A stretch of 64,000 nucleotides of DNA from positions 1 through 64,000 of the forward strand of contig BTWA01000014.1 in NCBI GenBank assembly GCA_045863295.1, read 5' to 3'. The number at the start of each line of letters is the position of its first letter. The first letter of the stretch is position 1. The translations under genes and the position numbers were made by a program. The notes under the pieces are model-generated. The model was given only the letters and a program-made list of their open reading frames with translations, had not been told where the DNA came from and searched no databases. This document shows positions 29,375-39,545 of this stretch, in pieces. This DNA is from Candidatus Hydrogenedentota bacterium (GTDB lineage Bacteria > Hydrogenedentota > Hydrogenedentia > Hydrogenedentales > SLHB01).

Positions 29375-30595
29375 ATGCCAGAATACCGATACCGGGCGGT
29401 GAACGAATCCGGCGTCGCCGTCACCGGAACCATGGAAGAAGAGTCGGCGTTGCGCGTCTCCAGCATTTTGCGTGAACAGGGACTTCAGGTTTCGAGTATC
29501 GAGCGCATTACACCGGCACCGGCACTGCCACGAATCAAGCAACGCATTTCGTGGGAGGACATCCATCTCTTTAACGAACAACTGCGTATCATCACCAAGA
29601 GCGGTCTGCCGCTCGCGCACGCCCTGAAAGCCATTGCGCTTGAAATGCGAAATCCAAACATGCGGGCAATGCTGGAGGATATTCAGCAAAGCCTGGAGTC
29701 CGGTAAGACGGTATCCGAAGCCTTTGGCCGGCACGCAAACAGTTTGCCCCCGGTATATCTAAACGCCATCGAAGCGGGCGATCGCACGGGAAATCTCCCG
29801 GGTGTCATCGTCCAATTGTCGAACTATTCCGCGCAGATGATGCGTATCAAGAGTTCTCTGCTCGGTGCCATGGCGTATCCCGCGGTCGTCCTTTTTGTTG
29901 CCGTTGTGGTCATCTGGTACATGCTGGGCTATATCGTGCCGCAGTTCGCCGCCGTTTTTGCCGACTTTGGCGCTCAACTTCCCGCCCTAACCCGCGCGGT
30001 TATTCAATTGAGCCGCTCCTTGACCGGCAATCCGTTAACCGTGCCCGTGGCGCTTTTGCTTGCGGCCGGTATGATTCTTGGCGGTAAACTAATTACGCGG
30101 CAGGTGCCGGCCTTGGCTTTCTTGCGAGACCAATTGAAACTAAGGCTGTTTCTCATTCGCCGTATTAATTTCCCATCGGCTATGGCTCGTTTCAGCCGCA
30201 CTTCCTCGCTACTCTTAAGGGGAGGCGTTCCGGCGGATGAATGCCTCGCGCTTGCCGGCGCAGCATCCGGCAATCTCGTGCTCGGAAGGGCCGCCGATCG
30301 CGCGTCTGAACTGGTCCGCCAGGGCCGGCCGCTGTCCGGCGCCTTGGATGATACAAACTTTTTTCCGCCTGTTTTTTGCTGGCTGGTGTCGCTTGCTGAA
30401 GAACGCGGCGAAATCCCCGCAACACTCGAGGAACTCGCGGAATCATATGAGACCTCCACCGAGCAACAGGGAAAATTCATCGTAGCCCTTGTGGGTCCAG
30501 TATGCCTTGTATTGCTCGCCCTTGCGGTCATCAGCATCATACTCTCACTGTATCTACCTATTTTCAGCCTTTCCGACGTGCTCAGCGGGAGCTAG
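29375..30595 (+). CDS. Type II secretion/type IV pilus platform protein (GspF/PilC), copy 1
   Basis: MPEYRYRAV, SGLPL, AGDRTGNL, AMAYP, VPQF..VF..FGAQLP.LT, LYLPIF. Confidence 0.92.
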   Translation: MPEYRYRAVNESGVAVTGTMEEESALRVSSILREQGLQVSSIERITPAPALPRIKQRISWEDIHLFNEQLRIITKSGLPLAHALKAIALEMRNPNMRAMLEDIQQSLESGKTVSEAFGRHANSLPPVYLNAIEAGDRTGNLPGVIVQLSNYSAQMMRIKSSLLGAMAYPAVVLFVAVVVIWYMLGYIVPQFAAVFADFGAQLPALTRAVIQLSRSLTGNPLTVPVALLLAAGMILGGKLITRQVPALAFLRDQLKLRLFLIRRINFPSAMARFSRTSSLLLRGGVPADECLALAGAASGNLVLGRAADRASELVRQGRPLSGALDDTNFFPPVFCWLVSLAEERGEIPATLEELAESYETSTEQQGKFIVALVGPVCLVLLALAVISIILSLYLPIFSLSDVLSGS

Positions 30596-30602
30596 ACAGG
30601 TC

Positions 30603-31847
30603 ATGAACTGGAAAAAACTGCTATTCGAACTTGATCTGCTCGATGCGATTGGTTTGGGCCGGTTTTCAAGGCGGAATCGAATTCTCAACAAATCCGAACG
30701 CCCGGCCAAACCCCGTCGCAGTATCAGACATATGATGGCTCGCGGACCCATCCTGTTTATACCGTTTTGGAGACGCAGAGCCGTTCGCGATCAAGTGATC
30801 AGCCAAATTCGCGCGCTGATTGGATGCAACGCCCCCCTGGCGGAAGGTCTCGAGAAGGCATCGGATCAAGCGAGCGACGTGGCCAGCATGGTGGTACTGC
30901 TGACGCTCAGCCGCACCCTGCATCAAGGGGCAACCCTGGCCGACAGCATGCGGGGCATTCCCGCCATTTTCCCCGGCCACTACATTGACCTGATCGATGC
31001 CGGCGAACGAACCGGCCGGATCCGCGACGCCCTTGAGGCAATTTATCAGCACAATGTGGAAATGAAACCCATCCGAATGGTATTGGGATCCTGGGCCATG
31101 TATTTCACCTTTCTTGCATGTCTATTCCTGGTCGTATTGTCGTATCTCTTGACATTCGTCTTACCGCAATTCTCGGAAATGGCCAGGGAGTTCTCCACCA
31201 CGAATTCCAACCTGTACATACAATCGGTGCAACGCGCGGAAAACCTGATCCTCATTGTGAATATTCTGACGTACTTCGGCATCGCCATGTTGTCTTTGGT
31301 CTTTCGCCGGGTGCGCTCCGTCCTGAAAGGATTACTGCAAGGAATTGCCCACTACCTGCCTGTATTCCGCACCGTGGTTGTCTCCGCGAACATGGCCCAT
31401 GCGTCCGGCGTGCTGGCCTGCCTTCTGCGCGTAAACGTGCCAGCTCACGAAGCTCTCGCCCAATGCGGAAGACTGTCCCTGGCGCCGCGCTACAGGCGCG
31501 CATTTCAACGGTTGAGCGAAAGCACGGAAAAAGGGGTAACCCTTGCGAAATCCTTGGAAAAGGAACGTGCTATTCCGCCAAGTTTTGGCGTGTTAGCCAA
31601 CGTGGGTGAGTGCAGCGGCCTGCTCCCGGAAATGATGAGTCGCGCTTCGGAATGGTATCGTCTATTGGCGTTGCGATACGGAACCGTTCTGGCCAAGGCA
31701 ATCTGTCCACTGGGGGTGCTTGTCTTTGCTGGCATAGTCTTGGCGGTCCAATTGGCAGTCTACGAAGCCAATGTCGCTATTGCGGATGTACTCGCCAATC
31801 CCGATGCCGTCAAGCAGATTAGCCTCGGCGAGGAGGACATGCCATGA
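30603..31847 (+). CDS. GspF/PilC family protein, copy 2 (divergent)
   Basis: AGERTGRI, VLPQFSEM, VGECSGLL; two T2SSF repeats with TMs; start moved to ATG 30603. Confidence 0.85.
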   Translation: MNWKKLLFELDLLDAIGLGRFSRRNRILNKSERPAKPRRSIRHMMARGPILFIPFWRRRAVRDQVISQIRALIGCNAPLAEGLEKASDQASDVASMVVLLTLSRTLHQGATLADSMRGIPAIFPGHYIDLIDAGERTGRIRDALEAIYQHNVEMKPIRMVLGSWAMYFTFLACLFLVVLSYLLTFVLPQFSEMAREFSTTNSNLYIQSVQRAENLILIVNILTYFGIAMLSLVFRRVRSVLKGLLQGIAHYLPVFRTVVVSANMAHASGVLACLLRVNVPAHEALAQCGRLSLAPRYRRAFQRLSESTEKGVTLAKSLEKERAIPPSFGVLANVGECSGLLPEMMSRASEWYRLLALRYGTVLAKAICPLGVLVFAGIVLAVQLAVYEANVAIADVLANPDAVKQISLGEEDMP

Positions 31848-33106
31848 CTTTGCGCGTGTTAAACAAAACTCCGGACAATGTCGAAGGTGACTTGAACGCG
31901 CGGCTCGCGTTTTATTTGAGGCCGGAAAATGACAACGGCGCCATAGAAGCCATCGAGTGCATCGTGAATAGTGCGGTCGGGCATGAAGCGAGTGACGTAC
32001 ACATCGAGCCCTGGGAATCGGCTACGGTCGTCCGATTTCGAGTCGACGGAGTCTTGGCCGAAGTCGCAACGGTATCCCGTGCTCACCATGCCCGGCTTGT
32101 GGCACGTATTAAAGTCCTGGCTCGAATGCCCTCGTACTTCCGGGATACCCCCCAGGATGGCAGAATCGATGCTGGCGCGACGCCCGCGGGAAAATCCATG
32201 AGGGTTGCCGCAATTCCCACGGTTGGGGGTGAAAAGATTGTGCTGCGTCTGCTGGAAGGCGATCGGAAGCTTCATTCCCTTGACGGATTGGGATTTCATC
32301 CCGGCGTACTCACTCCGATCAAGGAATTTGTGCTTCGTCCGCAAGGCACACTGCTGTTGACAGGTCCCAGTTCCAGCGGTAAGACCACGACCATTTATGC
32401 ATTATTGCGCGAGTTGCTTGCGGTCCGGAAGGCAGCCCCGCACATTGTTACCATTGAAGATCCCGTGGAATACCGGCTTGACCGGGTGGATCAGACCGAG
32501 GTCAATCCATCCGCCGGGTTAACCTTTGAGGCGGCACTTCGCGCGTTGCTGCGCCAGGACCCCGAAGTGATCGTGGTCGGCGAGATTCGCGATTCCGAAA
32601 CCGCGCGAACGGCAATACAGGCCGGACTCACGGGACACTTGGTCATCAGTACCATTCATTGCGGTTCCGCGGCAGGTGTCTTTTCCCGTCTGTTGGATAT
32701 GGGCGTAGAGCCGTACCTCATCAGTTCATCAATCAACGGTGTGTTGGCACAGCGGCTTGTCCGTTGCGTGTGCATGTCCTGTGCCCGGCCTGTTGTCGTT
32801 GCTCCTGCCCATCGCGAGCGTTACGCTTTGCCAGAGACTGTGGCGTCGCTTATAGAAGGGGCCGGCTGCGACCGTTGCCTTCATACCGGGTACAAGGGCC
32901 GAATGGCCATTGGGGAGTTTCTTCCCCTCACCGATCCCATTGCCGACGTCATTCAGAACCGCCTTGGAACCGGCAAGATTCAGGACTGCGCGACTCAGGT
33001 GGGCATGCTTTCACTCGAAGCGGCCGGATTGGATCAAGTGCTTTCCGGCCGCACAACGCTAAGCGAGTTGGATCGGGTGCTCACACCGGCAAGAGGGAGG
33101 ATCTGA
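31844..33106 (+). CDS. GspE/PilB-family assembly ATPase (short form)
   Basis: ASDVHIEP, PQDGRI, GPSSSGKTT, TIEDPVE, LRQDPEVIVVGEIRD, GHLVISTIH, CxxC..CxxC. Confidence 0.93.
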   Translation: MTLRVLNKTPDNVEGDLNARLAFYLRPENDNGAIEAIECIVNSAVGHEASDVHIEPWESATVVRFRVDGVLAEVATVSRAHHARLVARIKVLARMPSYFRDTPQDGRIDAGATPAGKSMRVAAIPTVGGEKIVLRLLEGDRKLHSLDGLGFHPGVLTPIKEFVLRPQGTLLLTGPSSSGKTTTIYALLRELLAVRKAAPHIVTIEDPVEYRLDRVDQTEVNPSAGLTFEAALRALLRQDPEVIVVGEIRDSETARTAIQAGLTGHLVISTIHCGSAAGVFSRLLDMGVEPYLISSSINGVLAQRLVRCVCMSCARPVVVAPAHRERYALPETVASLIEGAGCDRCLHTGYKGRMAIGEFLPLTDPIADVIQNRLGTGKIQDCATQVGMLSLEAAGLDQVLSGRTTLSELDRVLTPARGRI

Positions 33107-33109
33107 ACC

Positions 33110-33535
33110 ATGCCTGATACTACGGGTAGAAATTCCACTCGGCGGTTAAACGCTGGATTCTCGTTGATAGAGTTGATTGCCGCGTTTGCCGTCGCGTCGG
33201 CCGTTTTGCTGGGAACAATGCAACTCTATTACTTTGGCAAGACCTCCGCCAAAAGTATTGAAGAATCGGCCATTGCCCGCATCGCGGCCCAGAACGAGAT
33301 AGAAACGTTGCGATCAATGCCCTATACCTCTCTTGTCAACGGTGTTGGTTTGCCGTTTCGAAGTACGACGCCAGAGTTCTTCGAACTTCACCTGGCGGCC
33401 GCGGAAGTCACTATTAGCGATTGGTCCAGGGCGGCAGGACTTAAGGAAATTGTCGTAACCGCGCGCTGGATTGGCGCACAGGGCCGGCCAAAACAGGTCA
33501 AGCTCACTACCCTGATGGGGGACTTGGGGACATGA
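33110..33535 (+). CDS. Type IV pilin-like protein (PilV/GspI-like)
   Basis: Class III signal G|FSLIELIAA. Confidence 0.85.
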   Translation: MPDTTGRNSTRRLNAGFSLIELIAAFAVASAVLLGTMQLYYFGKTSAKSIEESAIARIAAQNEIETLRSMPYTSLVNGVGLPFRSTTPEFFELHLAAAEVTISDWSRAAGLKEIVVTARWIGAQGRPKQVKLTTLMGDLGT

Positions 33536-34086
33536 AATCTCTAAGGCCACACTACCGCGGGCCGCGATCCGGCATCACATTGCTCGAGTTGCTGGTCTAC
33601 CTTGCACTGTCCGCAATGATTATCAACCTCGCAATGACGGCCTTTGCGAATGTTTCGAGACTGCATGTATACAGCCAACTGAGCGTGCATCGCCAAGAGA
33701 CGGTTCGTGCGTTCCAAATCGCCTTCGCATCGACAGTGAGAGAATCCCTGGGCGTGGTGGCCAAAGTAGGAGATCACGTTACGGGAGACGGCCTGCTCAT
33801 CCTGCGCATGACGCCTGACGACACGGGCGCAGACCGGTTTGCATTGGTGGGCCAGGTCGGTCGCGACAGGTGCCTCTACATTGCTGAAGCGTACGTGCGC
33901 GACGGGACGCTGCAATACGGCATTAGTCAGAGATTTGACATCGAACCGGAAAAGGTAACCTTCGCCTTCACCGGATTAGATCCAGTCTCCTCCCGATCCG
34001 TCAGTGTTTCTTTGGAAATTGCCCAAGGCAAGTCCATGCAGTTCTGCACAACGACCGCGGCCATACGGGCAGAAACTGGGGAATGA
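33532..34086 (+). CDS. Type IV pilin-like protein (PilW/GspJ-like)
   Basis: Class III signal G|ITLLELLVY. Confidence 0.82.
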   Translation: MKSLRPHYRGPRSGITLLELLVYLALSAMIINLAMTAFANVSRLHVYSQLSVHRQETVRAFQIAFASTVRESLGVVAKVGDHVTGDGLLILRMTPDDTGADRFALVGQVGRDRCLYIAEAYVRDGTLQYGISQRFDIEPEKVTFAFTGLDPVSSRSVSVSLEIAQGKSMQFCTTTAAIRAETGE

Positions 34087-34514
34087 CCATGCGACTTTCG
34101 AGAGAATCGCTGTTGAACCGGCGGTCAGATGGCGGAATGGCCATGCTCCTCGTGCTGGGTGTTCTTTTCGCTGTATGCCTCTTTACCAGCGCGTACTTCA
34201 TCCTCCTCAATCGCAACGCGGATATGGCTGGGCTCGAGTTGCGCCGTTTGGAGGCGTTCAATCTTGCCGAGGCGGGCATTCATCTGGCCGTGGCGCGCCT
34301 GTCAAACGACGGCGCGTACACAGGAGAGTCTGGGGTCGCAATCGGCAATGGGCTCGTGGATATTGCCGTAGAACAAGTTAGCGATGCTGAATACTCGATT
34401 CATTCGGCGGCCTTTGTCACGGGACGCTCAATGCGTCCGCAAGCAGAAGTGCTCGCCAACACCCGGAAAACTCAAACGGGTTGGCGAATGCAACGCTGGG
34501 AGGAAGTCCGATGA
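34083..34514 (+). CDS. PilX/GspK-like minor pilin
   Basis: [11 protein letters not shown] without Glu5, and AFNLAEAGI as in PilX N-termini. Confidence 0.8.
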   Translation: MTMRLSRESLLNRRSDGGMAMLLVLGVLFAVCLFTSAYFILLNRNADMAGLELRRLEAFNLAEAGIHLAVARLSNDGAYTGESGVAIGNGLVDIAVEQVSDAEYSIHSAAFVTGRSMRPQAEVLANTRKTQTGWRMQRWEEVR

Positions 34515-35347
34515 AGACGTCTCGAAAGGTTCGGACCGGTTTCACCGTGATGGAACTAATGAGCGTTATCGCAATTATCGGCGTACTCGCAGCCATATTG
34601 TTACCCGCTTTGGCTCGTGCACGGGAAGCAGCACGCCGTACTTCCTGCATGAGTAACCTTGCCCAGATCGGGATGGCCATGCAAATGTACGCGCGGGAGA
34701 ATCAGGGCAGCTTGCCCTGGAGCGGGGGAGGGAATAATGCAGACTTTCTCTACGCGTTTCGTGTGGCATACGTGGGCTTGGACGCCGTATTCGTGTGTCC
34801 ATCGGACCCAAAGACCGAGTTCAGAAACGGCCAGGAAGCGTTCGACAACGTCGAACTCAACCTGGAAGGTAGTTACCGGGTCTCCTACGATTTCATGGGT
34901 GCTTACACGCTGGCTCCCCTCCAAATGCCGCCGCCGCAGTACGGCATTCCCCCCGTTCCCATCGCGTGGGATTTTTACAGCGGATTAACCAACGAACGAT
35001 TGGAGGCCGAGAGATCGCGCTACGTCGAGGCGGAGAAAACCGCAAAAGGCGACGCGGGAGGCTTCGGTGGATTGAGCTCGAATCCGTATGTGGACTACGA
35101 AGCGTACTCGCCAAATCATGTGCCAGGAATCGGAAATGTACTTTGGATGGACGGCCATGTTTCCGCAATGGCGTCTCCGCAATGGCATAATTCCAACGTA
35201 CCTGCATTGCCCGACCGCGTGGAACTCGGCGAAGAAATCTTGAATCCAACTCTCTTGAACCTGTTACCGAGCGACGAACGGATTAAGTCTATACTCGAAG
35301 ACCGCGTTGCAGTCGATCCTTTTCCATCCAGCGGTCGGCAATTTTGA
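34511..35347 (+). CDS. DUF1559-family prepilin with a C-terminal H-X9-DG-like motif
   Basis: [63 protein letters not shown]. Confidence 0.9.
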   Translation: MKTSRKVRTGFTVMELMSVIAIIGVLAAILLPALARAREAARRTSCMSNLAQIGMAMQMYARENQGSLPWSGGGNNADFLYAFRVAYVGLDAVFVCPSDPKTEFRNGQEAFDNVELNLEGSYRVSYDFMGAYTLAPLQMPPPQYGIPPVPIAWDFYSGLTNERLEAERSRYVEAEKTAKGDAGGFGGLSSNPYVDYEAYSPNHVPGIGNVLWMDGHVSAMASPQWHNSNVPALPDRVELGEEILNPTLLNLLPSDERIKSILEDRVAVDPFPSSGRQF

Positions 35348-35416
35348 CTCCCCCTCCGCACTTCCGCCATTATTTCCCCTCGATTCGTAGCGGGAAGTAC
35401 GGGGAAGGAGTCTGCA

Positions 35417-36349
35417 TTGAGCACCATACTTGTGACCGGCGGCGCGGGATTCATTGGTTCCCACGTTGTGGACGCCTACGTGGCCGAGGGGCATCGCGTC
35501 GTCATCCTTGATGACCTGTCCACGGGTAAGGCCGAATTTGTCAATCCAAAGGCAGTCTTTTATCGGGAATCCATTGCATCGCCGGCCATCGCCGAAATCT
35601 TCGACAAAGAGAAGCCGGATGTAGTCAATCATCTGGCGGCGCAGATCGATGTGAGAAAAAGTGTTGAGCAACCCCTCTTCGATGCCGAAACAAACGTGCT
35701 GGGCTCCCTGAACCTGCTCGAATGTTGCGTCAAATATAAGGTAGGAAAGCTCATCTTCGCATCCACTGGAGGCGCCATCTATGGCGAAGTAGACAGCCTT
35801 CCGGTATCCGAAGCCGTCCAACCGCATCCCATTAGCCATTACGGTGCGGCTAAATTCGCTGTTGAGAACTACATCTTTGTCTATGGCGCGCTGTATGGAC
35901 TTAAATACACCATCTTGCGCTTTCCAAATGTGTACGGCCCGAGACAAAACCCGCACGGAGAAGCGGGCGTTTGCTCTATTCTTGTGCAAAAAATGTTGGC
36001 CGGCGAGCCACCTACGCTGTTCGGTTTTGGCGATCCCATTCGAGATTATGTGTTTGTAGGCGATATTGCCCGAGGCTGCGTCTTGGCACTCGATAAGGGA
36101 GACGGAGCCACGGTCAATCTGGGATCGTGTGTTGGAACCTCTGTCCGCCAGCTGTTCGACATACTCAAGTCGCACATCGGCTTCAAACTGGATCCAGTCC
36201 TGAAACCGATACGCCCAGGCGAAATCCACGGCATCTACATTACCGGAGATCGGGCAAGAGAAACCCTGGGATGGATCCCCCAGGTTTCACTCGAGGACGG
36301 GCTGGCCCAAGTGGTGGATTATGTACGCCACAGCTCTCCAGGCCATTGA
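35417..36349 (+). CDS. NAD-dependent nucleotide-sugar epimerase (UDP-glucose 4-epimerase-like)
   Basis: VTGGAGFIGSH, HLAAQ, STGGAIYG, YGAAK, NVYGPRQ; TTG start. Confidence 0.92.
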   Translation: MSTILVTGGAGFIGSHVVDAYVAEGHRVVILDDLSTGKAEFVNPKAVFYRESIASPAIAEIFDKEKPDVVNHLAAQIDVRKSVEQPLFDAETNVLGSLNLLECCVKYKVGKLIFASTGGAIYGEVDSLPVSEAVQPHPISHYGAAKFAVENYIFVYGALYGLKYTILRFPNVYGPRQNPHGEAGVCSILVQKMLAGEPPTLFGFGDPIRDYVFVGDIARGCVLALDKGDGATVNLGSCVGTSVRQLFDILKSHIGFKLDPVLKPIRPGEIHGIYITGDRARETLGWIPQVSLEDGLAQVVDYVRHSSPGH

Positions 36350-36542
36350 CCTCCATCCAACTCTTCCTGTCACGCCGATGTTCAGGCCCGGTCAAACGGT
36401 GCCGTTTTGGCGAAGGCAACGCCAATTGTCTATACTGGCGCCAGTCACTCGCTGCTCAAAGGTATTTGGTTTAAGTCGCAATGGGCTTTGGCCCTCGGAA
36501 TGGGGGCGTTTTGTACCTATTCGCGGGCAAGTGTGAGCATCC

Positions 36543-39539
36543 ATGACAACAGCACCAAGACCCGAAAAGGACCTGGCAGACCGTTCCGACGCCTCCATAA
36601 CGCCTGAGTGGGAACGAAGGTGCATTGTCTGTGACATGCATGGGGCGATCATCGCAATTGACCCGGCGTTGCCCGCGTTGCTGCGAACGGTCGATCAATC
36701 CCAATCACCCGCGGGCCACATAGGGCAAAACGTCGCCACATTGTTTGAATCCTGCATTCCAGTGGGCCTGGTACACGGTCAACTCGAACCCAAACACTTT
36801 CCCATTGTCGGGGGCCGCTATTCCGTCGCAGGCACACACACCGATACAATCGAAATCTACGTGCATATTCTGACCCTTGCCGGTGCTACCCCTGAACAAA
36901 ACATGGTCGCCGTATGCGTGGAAGATATTTCAGCAAGAATCCGTTCGGAGACGGCACTTCGTATTCGGGGAAGGGGGCTCGACGCCTCGATTTTGCCCGT
37001 GGCCCTGACAGATACCGCGATGACCATTACCTACGCCAATCAGTCTCTCATTGACCAGTGGGGACTAACTCATGTCGAGGAATTGCTCGGAACCAAAGTT
37101 CTCGATCTCTGGGTTCCGGGAGAAGATATTGGCGCAGCCTTGAAATACGTGCGGGTAAACGGCGAATGGTCGGGTCAGCTTCTGGGACGCAAGTTCGACG
37201 GCTCGCGGTTTCAGGCGTTTGCATCGCTGTCACGGGTGACCGATATCGACGACGTCGTCGTTGGCTACATGGTTTCGTGTCTCGATTTCTCGTCTCAGGT
37301 GCGCACGGAAGAAGAATTGCGGCGTCGAATCGAAATTGAGAAGTTAATCTCGAAAATCTCGACCGACTTGCTCGATGCACCTCCGGAAACTCTGGACAAC
37401 GCGATGCAGGAAGCCCTTGCTGCGGTGGGCCAGTATGCGGGCGTAGACAGGTGCTTCTTCACCTTCATTGACTTTGAAGCACGCAGGTACGGAAAAGGTT
37501 TCGAATGGTGCGCGCCCGGCGTGGTCAGCTTCAAGGAAATCCTGGAAGGCAAACCCATTACCGGCAACGCCTGGGGCGAAGAACGGCTCATGCGGGGTGA
37601 AGACATTAGTGTGTCCCATATAGAGAACCTGCCACCTGAAGCCGAAGATCTGAAGGAGCTTTTCAAGAGCCAGGGGGTTGTCAGCAATCTGACGGCACCG
37701 CTCATTTACGGCGGTGCGCTCAAAGGATTCCTGGGCTTCGATACCACGCGCGAACCACGTGTCTGGTCGCGCGACCTTACGACGTTTCTACGTATGGTAG
37801 GGGAAGTCCTGTCCGTCGCGGCGGAACGAAAGCAGGCCCACGAAGAACTGCGGCGTCAGATGGACTTGGAACGTATCATCTCCTCACTCTCCACCCGCTT
37901 TATCAACCTGGACACAGACGAAATCGGGCAGGGCATTGCAGAAGCGCTCGACACTCTTGGCACGTTCATGTGTGTCGATCGGGCGTATTTCAATTACATG
38001 ACGGAGCAGGGAGTGCTGGATGGCTACGAATGGTGTGCGCCCGGCGTAAAGCCCCAGCCTAATGCGCTAGAAAATGTAAACTTTTTTGAAGACCTCGCAT
38101 GGAGCGTCTCTCAACTCGCCGCGGCCAATGTTGTCAACATTCCAAACGTCGCCGGGCTGCCCGCCGAAGCGGCAAACGAGATGCGTATCCTGCAAATGCA
38201 GGAAGTAAAGTCAACGGTGATTGTGCCTGTCTTGTCCCGTCATCATTTCATTGGATTCATTGGTTTCGAGACGGTCTCGGCCTTGCGAACATGGAATGAA
38301 AGCACGATTACCATGCTGACAATGGTAGCCCAAATGTTTGCCAACGCTGAAGAGCGCCGCCGTGCGGAAGCCGACCGCAGGCGATTGGAACAGCAAATGC
38401 GCCACAGCCAAAAACTGGAGAGTCTCGGTGTATTGGCAGGAGGCATCGCGCATGATTTCAACAATCTGCTCGTCGGCATATTGGGCAATGCCGGGATCGC
38501 ATTGCTGGACCTGCCTGAACAATCGCCCGTGCTTCAAAGCATACAACACATCGAAGACGCAGCCCGCCACGCCGCCGAACTTACGAACCAGTTATTGGCC
38601 TATTCGGGCAAAGGCCAATTTGCCGTACAGCCTATAAACATCAGCAAGCTCACCGGCGAAATGACCGGACTCTTGGAGTCGGTCAAGTCGAAAAAAGCCG
38701 TCCTGAAATGCCACCTCCGCCAGGACATCCCGCCTATCGAGGCCGACGCCAGTCAAATCAAGCAGATTGTCATGAATCTCGTTACAAATGCATCCGATGC
38801 GATCGGAGATCAGGATGGCGTCATCAGCGTAACCACCGGAACATGCGACGCGGATCGAATCTATCTCGCGCAGATGTTTCTGAACGACAATCTTCCGGAA
38901 GGCCGGTATGTCTTCTTGGAAGTATCGGATACCGGCATGGGCATGGACGGCGAGACACTGCAAAAAATATTCGACCCTTTCTTTACCACCAAATTCACCG
39001 GCCGCGGCCTTGGACTCGCAGCGGTATTGGGCATCGTACGCTCCCACGGAGGCGCCATTCGGGTGGAGAGCCGTCGGAACGAGGGAACCACCTTCCGGGT
39101 TCTGCTGCCATGCTCCAATAAACCAATCGAGGAATCGCCCGCGCCCAGGCGTTCCAGCGAATGGCGAGGGAAGGGTACCGTGCTCGTCGTGGACGACGAG
39201 CCCATCGTGCGCGATGTGGCCAAAGCCGTACTGGAAAGGTTCGGCTTTTCCGTTATGACCGCATGCGATGGAGTCGAATGCCTGGACGTGTACCGGAAGA
39301 ACCACGACAAGGTGAACTGCATTCTACTGGACATGACCATGCCGATCATGGATGGAGTTGAAGTGTGTAAGGCGCTCCAGAAAATGCCCAATCACGCGCC
39401 AATTCTGCTCAGCAGCGGATACACCGAGTTGGAAACCAGTCAGAGGATGGTTGATTTGGAAGTCAAAGGCTTCATTCAGAAGCCCTATTCGCCCTCGGCA
39501 CTGGTGGAGAAGATCCGCGAAGCTCTCGAAGAAATATGA
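36543..39539 (+). CDS. Hybrid sensor histidine kinase (PAS-GAF-GAF-HisKA-HATPase-REC)
   Basis: GGIAHDFNN H-box, NLVTNASDA, DTGMG, FFTTKFTGRGLGL, C-terminal VLVVDDE..LLDMTMP. Confidence 0.93.
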   Translation: MTTAPRPEKDLADRSDASITPEWERRCIVCDMHGAIIAIDPALPALLRTVDQSQSPAGHIGQNVATLFESCIPVGLVHGQLEPKHFPIVGGRYSVAGTHTDTIEIYVHILTLAGATPEQNMVAVCVEDISARIRSETALRIRGRGLDASILPVALTDTAMTITYANQSLIDQWGLTHVEELLGTKVLDLWVPGEDIGAALKYVRVNGEWSGQLLGRKFDGSRFQAFASLSRVTDIDDVVVGYMVSCLDFSSQVRTEEELRRRIEIEKLISKISTDLLDAPPETLDNAMQEALAAVGQYAGVDRCFFTFIDFEARRYGKGFEWCAPGVVSFKEILEGKPITGNAWGEERLMRGEDISVSHIENLPPEAEDLKELFKSQGVVSNLTAPLIYGGALKGFLGFDTTREPRVWSRDLTTFLRMVGEVLSVAAERKQAHEELRRQMDLERIISSLSTRFINLDTDEIGQGIAEALDTLGTFMCVDRAYFNYMTEQGVLDGYEWCAPGVKPQPNALENVNFFEDLAWSVSQLAAANVVNIPNVAGLPAEAANEMRILQMQEVKSTVIVPVLSRHHFIGFIGFETVSALRTWNESTITMLTMVAQMFANAEERRRAEADRRRLEQQMRHSQKLESLGVLAGGIAHDFNNLLVGILGNAGIALLDLPEQSPVLQSIQHIEDAARHAAELTNQLLAYSGKGQFAVQPINISKLTGEMTGLLESVKSKKAVLKCHLRQDIPPIEADASQIKQIVMNLVTNASDAIGDQDGVISVTTGTCDADRIYLAQMFLNDNLPEGRYVFLEVSDTGMGMDGETLQKIFDPFFTTKFTGRGLGLAAVLGIVRSHGGAIRVESRRNEGTTFRVLLPCSNKPIEESPAPRRSSEWRGKGTVLVVDDEPIVRDVAKAVLERFGFSVMTACDGVECLDVYRKNHDKVNCILLDMTMPIMDGVEVCKALQKMPNHAPILLSSGYTELETSQRMVDLEVKGFIQKPYSPSALVEKIREALEEI

Positions 39540-39545
39540 ATTCCC

